Source: Tubiluchus corallicola (taxonomy: Eukaryota; Animalia; Priapulida). Taken from it: a stretch of DNA of 64,000 nt. Each line of letters begins with the position of its first letter. Position 1 is the first letter of the stretch. The translations under genes were made by a program, and so were the position numbers. Below, piece after piece: positions 1-12,300 of the stretch. The DNA lies in contig JAQGDQ010000029.1 in assembly GCA_030141605.1 (NCBI GenBank), positions 310,001 to 374,000 of the forward strand. The letters run 5' to 3'. The notes beneath the pieces were generated by a model. That model searched no databases, was not told the origin of the DNA, and saw nothing but the letters and a program-made list of their open reading frames with translations.

Positions 1-2461
1 GCTACGTGAACTTCAAATAAATGCAAATAAAAACTCAAACTGGATATGAAATTGGTAAGTGCAAGTTAGCAAAGACTTGTTCAACAATATGTATTGTTGG
101 GAGCAGACTAGGACACTAGTCGCAGAAGGGCAATTGGCATACATGGGCTAGCCTAAGGACACTGAGATTGGTCACGAATGGAGTCGTTAACCGTACTGAC
201 AGCGTCTGTTGTCCTCGTTTATTTAACGGCAATAATTGAAAACGCCAATACACGAGTAATTTATTATACATAATGATAAAATAATCTTATTCTGAGCTAG
301 TAGAATGGCCAATATTAAATTTGGATTCGATATTAATATTTTTGAAGTGAAATAAGCCCACTTTTAGGCGATTCCAATATTTACTTAAGGTATATAATTT
401 TTTATTATGTTTGCCTTCAGAGACAGGTACGTGAAGCATTATTAAAGCATTAGATACTTAGTTTAACGTTCGATGATATTAATGGAGATAATAATGATAT
501 TATTATAAAAAATGCATTTGTAAATTGTCAATGATTATCTATCATTATTATAGTTATTTCTTTTTGTAAAAGAAACTTAGTTTTATGTTTTATTAAGTCA
601 TAATTCTCTATTCTCGACAGAAATCGCCAGTGCCTTACTTGAGCTGCCCATGTACAACACTGTTTTTCCACATGGCGTACTCCGCACTCTACATGTATAT
701 CAACTCAGGAAGCAGAACAGTAATTATGGAAGTCTAAAATAATTAATACACCTGTCATTTGTTTAATGCATTCAGAGTAAATTTTGCTAAATAATAACTA
801 TATTGTATTGCAAGAAGAGATTTAGGAAAGACCGGAAAGTATACCGCAAACTAGCCAAATGAAAGTGAATAAGCTGTACATCTTAGAATGGCACACAATT
901 TTAATTAATTCATACAGTACACAAAGGAAACAACAAAATTCTAAATTTCAAAGTTTCAAATTGCGTTTGAGTCAACAATCTACAGTACAAAGCACATTAT
1001 GTGTTTTCTGTAATGAGAAACATACAAACAGAGATTCATGTACAAAATGCTGTTATCAGATATTACGGAAACTGACAAAGAATGACATTTTGATATGCAT
1101 AAAACGGTCCAAAAGAAAACAAGACAGAAGTCAATATGAGTTTTTTTGAAGATTTGTCATAATCCTGCACAAACAGCAAGTTGCTAATGGTATATCAGCC
1201 TAATTATGCTAAGATTGAAGAATATGAGAGGTACAAGGGGATCATTTAAAATGTTCAGCAGTTTACAATCTAACTATTGAACATAGTCAGTGTCTAGCAG
1301 ATGCATCAGGTAAATAATGTTAAAAAAATAATACTGGTTGACAGATTAATTGCAAAATAACTCAAAGGCCAATTTCACAATGTCTATGACTTATAAAGGC
1401 AAAATAGTGCGAGTCAAAGAAATAACATAATATTTGCGTAAATGTAAAATGCATAACGCACTATAATAATATAGTGTTACACCAACTTTTATAACATTCT
1501 TAACTGCTTTTACAACTGCTCAACACATAAAGCCCAACACTATATTGCACCTCATACCGACAATATATACAAAAAGTATAATTAACATTTTACATTCTAA
1601 CAGCCTGAAAAATTACTTTGCTACAGTAAATATTGTTTTATATGAGTACTTGACAGATCTTTGAAAAAAATAGCTATTAGGCAAAACTGGTTTCAATAAT
1701 GGCCAAAAAATATTTCACAAATAGCATAATTTCAACTATTATATAGCAATCATGTCTGACTACAAATATTTGTGACTGCATTTCCTAAGTAAAAATACAA
1801 ATTTGATAAAACACAATAACAAAACAAAACTATCTCGATACCCAAAGTTTATATACAACACAATCTTTGGTTACATTTTTGGCAGAGTTTTTCAAACAAC
1901 AATAATAACAACAAAAGCAACAACGACTGGATTACAAAAATTAATGGATCTTTGGTGAATGACATATCACAATAATTAGGAAAACACAAAAAACTAATCT
2001 GGAGCTTGTTCATACACTAAGTATGAACATTCAACTTTTATGCTTTATGAGAATAACAGACAAAAAATACATATAGCCTCCAAACACAGACAAACTTACA
2101 CAAAAACTAGAAGAAAAAATTAAAAACATGTCATCTCTTACAACTATGCCTATGTATAACTTTTAATATACAAACATCTTTCTAACACTATTTATTGTAT
2201 TTTAAAATTACTTGAATAGTTATCAAACATTTAACAGTAAATTATATAGCAATCTAAACACTGAGTAATATCAGCAGGTCTCAAAACTGAATGGTTAAAA
2301 AAATAAAAGGCCAATGCAGCATAGAAAACTTTTCTTTAATTTTTGCTAAGAAAAGTGGTGTTCAATTTCCAAACCGTTTGGAAAAATGGTTTGTCAGATA
2401 TCTTCTAAAATAATGTAAGAAAAACTTAATAGGACTAAACATGGTAAAAACATATCAATAA

Positions 2462-2671
2462 CTAATATGCCCTGTTGGGTTTTATTGCGAAGTAGTAAAT
2501 TAAGTTTCCAACTGTGATTGATGTGAACATTCCAAGAAAGGTTATGATGGTGGGTAACAGGCATCGTCTGACTACTCCAGCTCGCCAACCGGCCTTCTCA
2601 TAGGAACGGCGTCGACTAATTGTACTTAATCTAGATATTTCTTCAGCTTCCATTGTCCCTTCTGTATGCAT
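2462..2671 (-). CDS. Small single-pass membrane microprotein (69 aa, or 63 aa from the second ATG)
   Basis: MHTEGTMEAEEISRLSTISRRRSYEKAGWRAGVVRRCLLPTIITFLGMFTSITVGNLIYYFAIKPNRAY*. The ATG at 2671 lies 8 nt inside an exon opened by a pyrimidine-rich acceptor (tttgtttatttttaaag|, exon start 2679). A candidate upstream non-coding exon has a GTAAGT donor at 3724-3719. A basic N-region precedes one ~24-aa hydrophobic segment, and a long AT-rich 3'UTR-like tract follows. Confidence 0.6.
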   Translation of the reverse strand: MHTEGTMEAEEISRLSTISRRRSYEKAGWRAGVVRRCLLPTIITFLGMFTSITVGNLIYYFAIKPNRAY

Positions 2672-4809
2672 GTTTGTACCTTTAAAAATAAACAAATGTT
2701 GAAAATTAATAATTAACAGGTTAAAAAAGTTAGTCCTGAATTTAAGCACTATGTAAAGGTTTTAACATTCTATAGCTTTTATATGGGTAGGTGTCATTAA
2801 TTGTGCCCCCATATCTAGTCTTCTAAAGAAAAATAGAAAAAACGAAAGTATTGTAGGAATGACTGTTAAAGGTAGGAAATTTGAGTTCTCAATTGGGTAC
2901 TCCAAGTGCAAGGACAATCCTTATCATCTTCTTCTTTTTCGTGATAATGCTTTAACTTCATCAAATTGAAGGCTCTAACACATGGTTGTGCTCTCAGCTT
3001 CGTGAATGTCGTGATAGCGAAAAACTTCATTCAGTGCAAATAAAACATTTTACAGTGGTACATAATAAGAGGTAGAAATATCCTCAAGCTCCTCAAGGTA
3101 GAGGCGCCACACCCTACACCACCTTTGATACGTGGTGGAGAACCTCAATCCAGTTTAGATCGATGGTATGACACTCCTGAACAGGTTGCCAAGCTGGACT
3201 GTTGACTTTGGTAGATAGTTCCATTCCATTACAGCGCATAGGGAAAAAAGAGTGATGGTGATAATCAAAAATACTGAATGTTGTATGCAAATGAATTCTC
3301 TTTACATGAGGGAACAGTGTGACATTTTGGCTGGAGAGGCATATCGACAGCTACTAAATGGTTATGGGTTTTCTAGAACATTACCAGCCTAGCCATCCTG
3401 CGTCACTCAGTTAGTGGACATCAGTTCGGGTCAGTCATCATGGCAGACACGCTTGTTCTCCTGTAACAGTTCAGGGTAAACCCTGCAGCTCATCTCTCAA
3501 CTTATTCCAGCTTTGTCAGTGAACCGAGTGTAAGGATCCCAAACTTATCAAGCATAATCTTCTGATACACATAAATGAACCGTCTATAGCACTTAGCCCT
3601 CATTGGAAAAGGCAAAGACACAGAAATACAGTTAATAAAATAAAACCATATCCTTGGCAAGTAAGATAGCAATATTATTAATAAGCCAATACATAACTGA
3701 ACTACCAGGAATAAGTTCACTTACAATTATCAAGACTTTGAAACAAACGGCGACAATTAAGTTGAATCAGAGGAAACTTAGCGTAATATTAACTACGATT
3801 CATACGACTAAAGCCAAAAACGGAATAAGCTATCAAAATTTTTAACAATTTTACTAAACGCCCTTGCACTACCAGTCAAAGAATCCCATCGTGAAACGGC
3901 GTGAATGTTGCTGCCTTCTTTTTTATCGCATTAAATGTTTTCGCAGTGTCCAAGAACAGCGACGCGCAACACCGTCAACAATATGTGCTGTCCCAGTAAT
4001 AGTTAATTAATAGCTAAGCAGTAAGCACAAACAAATGAATAATAATAAACCGAGGTGATGCATGGAGAAAATGAAAATATTTATGCAGTTTTCTAGCAAC
4101 TGACGAAGATATTATATAAAAAAGAAAATTAGCATATTTCCAAACTGGCAATTTTTTTGAAAGCTAGAGCCTTTGATGCACTGGAAACTGCGTTTCTCTA
4201 CAACTTGTAATTAAGCTCATCAAAGCTCACCAAAAAAAGAGAAATAATTATTAATGAGTTTCAAATTTTGATGAGTGTCAAAAAAGAAATTACAGAAACA
4301 GCCTAAAATTTAATTAGCAACAACGTCTAATTAAGATCTTTATAATAAAGTCAAGGGAGGGGATGGACAGTAAAGACGAAAGGAGCAGATGACTACCGGA
4401 TCTCATTAAAATTACGTCTCAAAGAAGCAATGAAGGAAGAAATAGCTGCAAGAATGACAGCAATTGAGTTACATTTAAGAAGATCTGATCAACACACCAT
4501 TTAGTTCCGCTTACACCGGCTTATAACTGCTTTTTCTGCACACGTAGCCTACCTTATTCCTCAAACAATGTCCGGCGTACAGCACTTTTTGCCTGCCGCG
4601 AATGTGTAGATCATTAAATTTTCAATTGTTATTCTGAGTCTTACGCCAACATGATAATAATGTCTTATTTGCCCCATTGGGTGTCTTGTATCGTCATACA
4701 TGTAAAAAAATATTAGAGTAAACAGTATCCATGTTCAGTGGGAAGATAAATTTGTGAAGGGAACTAATACTGAATTCTTTGTGCCAAGGTTTTCATTCAT
4801 TCATTTGTG

Positions 4810-4900
4810 GAGTCACTCATCATCTGAAATGACTCTTGCAACCGTTTCACTCCATGCTGTCCTGTCACATGCATCCTTCCTCCTTGCATTTTTATTACAA
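4810..4900 (-). mobile_element. Probable 3' end remnant of an RTE-like non-LTR retrotransposon
   Basis: The minus strand translates as ...RKDACDRTAWSETVARVISDDE*, resembling the A-x-DR-x-x-W C-terminal motif of RTE-clade ORFs. The match is short. Confidence 0.35.
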
Positions 4901-5407
4901 TGATCAGAGTCTCTAGAAGTATACGTGGACACAGTTCAAGAGTGCATGTTATCTCGACTAATCTGCTTTAAAGCTTTTTGTCGTTCGCTTGTCATGGTTT
5001 AGAATGCATTTCTACTGAGCTTTTGTTAATTACGATTATTATTTTTTGAACGCGCAATGCCCAGAAATGTAAAAAGTACTAAGCCGTAGTTTCACAGGCT
5101 AATCGTGTTTTATTTATAATTTAAGTAGACCCACATTTAATTGGTTCTATGATCAATAACTTTTGATTCCCGTATTTTATTTGTGTTACCTCTGGATTTT
5201 TTTTTACTCTTACGCAAGACCACGTCATGTATCCTCAGCACACTCTACAAATTTTAATCGCTCTACCATCATATGTCTGCAAGCGCAGGTGTTATATGCT
5301 CATAAGAATTAAAGTTGTAGTGGTCATCTTTGTACAAAGAATGCAAGTGTTTCTTACTGTTCAGCAATAGCCATTAATACTATTTAAGAAATCAAAAACA
5401 CAAAAAA

Positions 5408-5413
5408 TTTATT
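5408..5413 (-). promoter_or_regulatory. Candidate polyadenylation signal (AATAAA) of the EGF/F5-8C/PAN gene
   Basis: TTTATT on the plus strand about 930 nt downstream of the stop codon at 6347. Confidence 0.35.
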
Positions 5414-6346
5414 CAATTGAAACAGTTTATTTCACATACATTACATAACATAAGACCAGCAATATAGTCTAAAAAGCATCCACACTCGTAACACGTGCAT
5501 TAAACGTGTTACTTGCAAAAGCAATGGCATTTAAATCGTCTAATGAAAAACTCTAATTTATCTTATTTAGTAATTATAGACTTGGCAAGCTAACGCAAAA
5601 TATAACACGAGCAAAGTAAGTTGATTAACAAGAATCACCGTAAATACATTATACACTCAGTCAAAATGTTCAAAGTAATAACGGGATAGACCAGCACAAA
5701 TACCGCCTAAATAAATAATAGCGCCGTCCAGTGCTAAGATTGTACGCTGCTGTGATGCTACGACGCTTAAATCCAAACTGACTATCTCTTAGTAAAACAT
5801 GATAACGATTCTTTTACTGTGTTTGACGTAGAAAACATAGTTTCAATTAAATCTAGAAAGAATTGTATAAACATAGAAAGACAATAGAAGTTTCTAAAAC
5901 ACAATCTTACACAGACAAATTCAGTTGAGTGCTGCGATCTATCTTCAGGTAACAGAAAAAAAGAAAAAAGATTGACTTAATCTTAAATGAAATACTGATT
6001 TGCTATGAGCTGTAATTATCAAATTTTATTATGCTGAAGACGAGCTTTAAAATTTCAAACGGAACGGAATGATCTGAACAGGTCGAATTAACACAGTCGA
6101 TAACAATCAAATTTTTGTTGCTTCACCAGTAATAAACAAACATACAAAAGTATTCAATGGCTACATTTCATTAAAGTTAGTAGTATTTCATTGAACTACA
6201 ATTTTCTATCATTTTCATCTTTTGAACTTCGCAATGAAAGAGGTGCCTGAGCATTTTTCATACATATTTATACCCGCTTGTTGATTATTCACAGATACAC
6301 ACTAATAATGTTAGCACTTAAGAATTTAAGCAAGCATGGATAAACC

Positions 6347-9300
6347 TTAATTGTAACCCGATAAGACGTAATAATCAAAATCATTGTCGATTGTTAACTC
6401 AACCACACCTTCTTCATACAATTTACAGGCGTTGTCCCCTGGATGATAACTGAAAAGTTTGCATTCTGGCTGCGACGTGCAGCGAAGAGCACAAAGATTT
6501 TTTCCGGTATTGGAAAACTCCTCTAGCATGTTTGCAGACACTGCTAAAATTGCTGTTTTATCCAAAGGAACAAATAGCTTTGTTTTATCATTCAAACCAT
6601 CGGGATCGGGTTCGCCTACAATAAAAACAAACATCGCCGTCTGATTTAACGACATTATCATATAAATAATCAAGCATAGAAAGTCCGAAAAAATGTTCAC
6701 ACATCAGGGACTCGATCGTAAGAACGTCTGCTTTCCGGGCATCTATGCTAATTATTACAGTTAGTTAACTTAGAAATCCTTTACTTTCCACGCGGGTGCT
6801 TTACAGTCATGATGGCAAAATCATTTTAGTAATGTCCTACGAAATCTAACACTACCAGATTCAGTTTATGTACCTATTTTGGCCTATTGTAATAGCATGC
6901 CTAGTTTGCAAACATAAAAACTTTTTGTATTGGCGGAAAGGCGATCTAGGTGATTGCTATGGCGAATTCTTACGTCATAATAAGATTCCTTATGGAACAA
7001 AGAATATTTTCCACAAAACTATAGAGACAAGAAAAAATACGTTTCACGAAAAAAATAAATGTACCGGTAATTCCTTCATATGGACAACCTTCCAGCTGAA
7101 CCTTAAAGCATAGGTTCCCATCAGGTCCGCCTCCTGTTTTTGGAAGGATTTTTACCTTTGAAGCTCCAATCTTTCTAGGCAAAACATTTCGAACCACGTC
7201 AATTCGGTCTGGATTTCCAACGAATGTCTGCGAGTAATAATTAACTATGAACAAGGATGATTGTAACAAAGATGATGACTATAAATAAGACTACGATAAT
7301 AACAGTATAATGCAAGCGATGATCACGATGATGATGTTGGTAGTGGTGATGGCGGCGGCGCGATGGTGGTGACAGTCGTGGTGGCAGCGGGAATAGTGAC
7401 GAGACTCTTTGGGGACTGTAGTGATATTAATCACAAAATTAATTAAACTTGATCGCCTAAATAAAAATGCTCTTCGAAACCACCATTTTTATTATCTTTG
7501 GAAGTAGGGTGCAGTACGGTTCTGATCCTCGTTATGATAACTAATATACATAGTTATGATCGTCACGAATGTTAGCTTTACTATACTGTACCAACAAAAT
7601 CATCTTTGTTTGTGTTTTGCTATTTGACGAGTCTGTAACTGCTCTGCTACTGTAATCTAGAACATCCAATTTGGCAGCTGTACGAGTACGTGCCATTATA
7701 CATACCAATTTAATTTCAATTCCATTTCAATTCTTATTTATTTGTCTCACACAGCAAACGTAACAAAGTGCTAAGTAATGATTAATAGTTAAAACGTTAA
7801 TAATGCATACCATACCAGCCTTCACTTTTTACCCTAATAAATCCAAATACCTTCTTTACTCCATTCTCCATTACGTACTCCCACACTGATCCTAATCGAG
7901 AGTAAGCGACTTCGAATTCCGCAGTATATTCGTTTTGATCTGGAACTCCTTGCGTTACGATAGCAGTGATATGTGAATATCCATTAAGATGCAACACCAA
8001 GCTTGGATTGGCTGCATAAATCAAAGATTACATCTGCTGTGTCCGTACGCTAGCATTAACATAATGTGGTAATAGACTAAGGTCAAACATAATAACACAA
8101 GGTCAAACGACGATAAATCATGAACATTTAGGTTCGACTAAAGTTCAATTAAGGTTCAATTTAGGGTGAATTTAAATTTTTATAATTCGAAAGTAAAGTT
8201 TCAAGAGCTCTTCAATTTGCCAAATTCTGAATTCTGAAAATTGGTTTGACCATAACTGGGCTAACTTTAGTTATACCTTCCTCAGGATCAGAACACCAGG
8301 CATTGCAAGCATCTCCAGCGCCACCTAGCTCAGCTTCTTCTGGTTCACAGGTGACTCCATTCTCGTTGAAAAAAGATGATGCTGTATAGGTAGTCAATTG
8401 TAAAGCTTCCATGCAGGGTACTGCTGCTTCTGCAAAAGAAGAGAAGTAACTTAAATCGAAAATAAGTAGGTCTTTATAGTTAACAACAGCGACAAATTTA
8501 TTGACTGACTAACTATGTAAAATAAAGCTTAAATATGACAGCACCATGTAATACTTGCCATGTAACACGCGACAGTTGTAATAAGCGTGTCCCCATCATT
8601 CATTAGTACATGCACTGTGTTGAAAGTACTGTACACGTGGTCATTAGAAAAATGCTGCACACAAAATACGATGGCAGGACCTAGTTTACTGTAAACAAGC
8701 GTATTGTTTATATGGTATATTGTCCGTGTATTGTAGATATGGTCGGTAACAAGTGTGGTCTGTGGTTTGATGGCAAGACTACTGCTGACGACGTTGGTAA
8801 CAGATGCACTGTTGCTGGTAAAACGTGTACTGCTGATTTGCCAGTAGGTAAATTTACTACAGAAACATCATTCCTTCTGGAGACAAAAGCTGGTGACAGT
8901 AGAAGTGTACGTATTGTCCGGATGACGGGTGTGCTTCTGGTAACAGATGTATTCTTGAATCTACTCTAGTAGTGAATGCATTACTAACATGATATAGTAA
9001 CAAGCGTACTGCTGGCAGTAGAAATACTCTAGAAACTGCATACTGACAGATGTTGTGAAGACGAAGGCCATTAACAGTTGAAAAGCACACATAGTCTAAG
9101 CAACAGGTCTACGTGAGACTGTTAACCCTGCAAGTGAGCATGTCAACCGTGCACCCTGGAAAAGATGTATTCACTATGCGCAGTTGGTGTAGGAAGACAG
9201 CCGAGGACAGATAAGTCAGAAAAGCTACTTGTTGCAGAATCTGCATCACAGCATCATCTGTGGAAATACCTGTAGGAATGGCTCATGTTGCCATTGGTAG

Positions 9301-12300
9301 TATGCTCGATTCGTCTCTACGTTAATTTTTGCGTCCCACAAAAAACTTTATGTCACATATGTCACACACTCTTCTACTGTTATCTCCGATTAGCAAGGAC
9401 TTCACGATATTTACGATATTTTTCCGACCAACTAGAGGCTTATGCATGCATGTGACAAACCATCTATTATTTACGATATTTTTGTTTACTTGTTTGTCAC
9501 CTTTTCATTTCACAGTCAAGTTCTTTATAGTGATAGCGGTAGCACTTGCTAGTGTAATTTGCTTACATTAAATTAGTCACTAAAGTAGTACTGTATTGTT
9601 AGAGTAATTAGTGTAGTAGTGTAGGAGTCCTACTAACACCCACTCATCTTATGGTTGTGTTCTGCAATACCTGCGATACTTGCGGCTTATTTCAAATGTG
9701 TGAAACCCGTACAGGTGTGAAATGTACATGATACATACGTCACAGCTATAGTCTGAGACGTGCAACCTGGCAGTCAGTCGGCCGTTATTGAAAGGCCTAG
9801 GTCACGTAAAATGACCATCGTCTGATTTTCACATGTCTGTGAAAAGACAGTCAAAAATGTCGATTAGCATCGTCGATGTTATAGTGCAGTAGACGTCACT
9901 ATTTCTTTTGTCAACAGCCATTGCTTACAGTGCTGACGGGTCTTTGTCGAGTACGTTGTCTTGGTTTGATGAGGTGGTCACCGTTACCGTCATTGTCTGA
10001 GGATTCGTTCAAACCTGAAGTCACGCTAAAGTTTATGGTGGACAAGTGCATTGTTGGTGGAGCAAACCATAGTTGGTAAATCCATGAATGTTACTCCACA
10101 GGTTAGCAGCTGCCGTTTCACACAATGTTCATGGAGTGTCTGGTAAGACAAGGCTTTTGTACTTTTGCTCAGCGTTTGCTAGCTAGCATAATTCCGTTTC
10201 TATATGGTCATCGTTGGATTGCCGTCATCGAGAGTGCGTCATCATTTGCACGTGCTACCCCCACTAACACCTCCCTTCTCTATTATTAGACTAGAGAATA
10301 TATTTGCTGTACTGTGATTAATTGTTATTGTTGACTATTTCCGTTCTCCTGGTTATCAATTAAATTTTGTTATATACAGCTTAGTGTTGGTTTGGTATTC
10401 TATCTACCATCGAATATTACTAGCTCATTAAGACTCCTAGGCTCGGGTTCCGCATGCCCCCGTATGAAACAACAAAGCCTTAGCCCGACTCCAGGATTCT
10501 AATAGTAAATTATCTAACTCTATAGAACCCCAGAACCACGTGTTACACCTCGTTTATAGGGCGGTCGTGCCTGCTTTTCATGACATTGAGACTCAGAGTA
10601 CGTAACCTAAAGACATGGCGTCACAATGCATTATGTCAAATAGTGTGAGAAGAGAATGAGCGGTCCCATGTCCAGATATGACAGCAATGTTCCATAAATT
10701 TTTAACGGCAGGATAAAAATTTCTAACGCAAACAATACAAGAGACCGTGGTAAGCAGGATAGGGCCCGTTTTTCTGGAATCAGACAATTTGTCAGGTCTG
10801 CTGGTAGTAAGATCTTATGCATGGCATGTTACAAGGCAATAGTTGATGGTAACTGTTATTTCCCGGGCTAACGTGGGATAGTAAAGCCCGGTGTGTTGAT
10901 TGGAGAGCGTCCGTTATTTTGCATTGCCTGTAGGCGGGTTTGCTTAGTATGCTTGGGTACTCCAGTATGAGAAGTTAGGTAGCTTTTGCATAGTGTAGAT
11001 AGCTTTTGCATAGTGCAAAATTGTTTTTAGTTGTGTAGACGCCAGTAGTTGTGTTGTCAGTATGCCGCTGCAATAAATCAGTACGTCTCTCTTGATTTCT
11101 GAAAATTGAAGTTTGTTATGAAGCTCCCCAAGCATTTCTAAGTGTATTTGTCTGCTTATCTATGTAGAGCTTTGCAGTAATTTATTTGTGAGGTTTGTAA
11201 TTTTTAATGGTGTCTATTTTGTCACAATCGTGCCAAATAATTGATTTTTTGTAACTGTTTAAAGTGCGTGTATATGCGTGTTTTGTGGAGGCGCGCACGA
11301 GTGTGCAGGTACATGTTGTTTTGTGATGTGTCAGAAAGTTCATTTATTAGTAAATTTTGGTTTTGTTCTGTAATGCTGTATGTAATGATCTAATTTTGCG
11401 TTATTTTCTGCTTCAGTATGCTTGGTGTTAATTTGTTAATGTTTGTTCCTTATTTATTTGCACGCTTAATGTTGCTTTATTTTTGTTTGATGTTATTTTT
11501 TCTTGTTCTTTTGCAGTTTCACTTTTTTGCAATGAGTGAAAAATAAAAGTCTGTCAAGCAAACTGCCAGTTTTTACAGTGACCAATGGACTGTTACAAAC
11601 TTGCAAAGCCGCCTAATGTTCTGTAAACTGTAATAAAGTTATACTTGAGTTACAGTTTATACTATAATATTAGACCATATAATATTATAATATTAACAAT
11701 AAACTCCTTGCTAGTTACTTGGCGGTACAGCTATTTATAGCGCAATATGTGTGCATCTGTGAGGGTTAAGTGTAAGGCTTAAGGTCAAACGAAACATATC
11801 AACTTTCTTGCAACTGCTTTCAAACAAATTAATGTAACGTAATATGTCCGAAACTTACGTATAGGGCAGCCATACGATACATAACATGATTGTGAATCTG
11901 CACATTCTTTGCAATCTGAAGTAAAACAACAAAGTAATTATTTAAAAAATCATAAACTAACGCTATATGTGTTTCAATGAGTGCTCAACAACAGGGACCC
12001 TTTCCCAGAAATGTTCCTTCTGTTATGGTAGCCTAAACTGTAAACTGGAGTTACAGTTTATACTAGTTTAGTGTATTTATGAAACTAAACCAGACTGTGT
12101 AACAGATTGACTAAATAAACTGATATTATTTTCAGGAATCAAAACAAACTTTTTAAGTATGCAAATAGGACATTCGAAATCACTTTGCCAAAACTGATGT
12201 AATCAAATTACTTGCTAGGTTTTGATGCTACGAACATTTTAATGAGTTAGATGATTACAGGCTTTTATGCATAAATGAAGTTAGATACCTCGCTGTACGA

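Noticed and set aside
2880-3500. GC-richer intronic stretch resembling a retroelement remnant
   Set aside because: No recognisable protein motif, termini or second copy in the window.
11855-11905. ATG-led signal-peptide-like frame MCRFTIMLCIVWLPYT as a separate start for the discoidin half
   Set aside because: It would leave the donor in phase 2, but the acceptors at ~8429 need phase 1. The alternative frame fits phase 1 on both sides.
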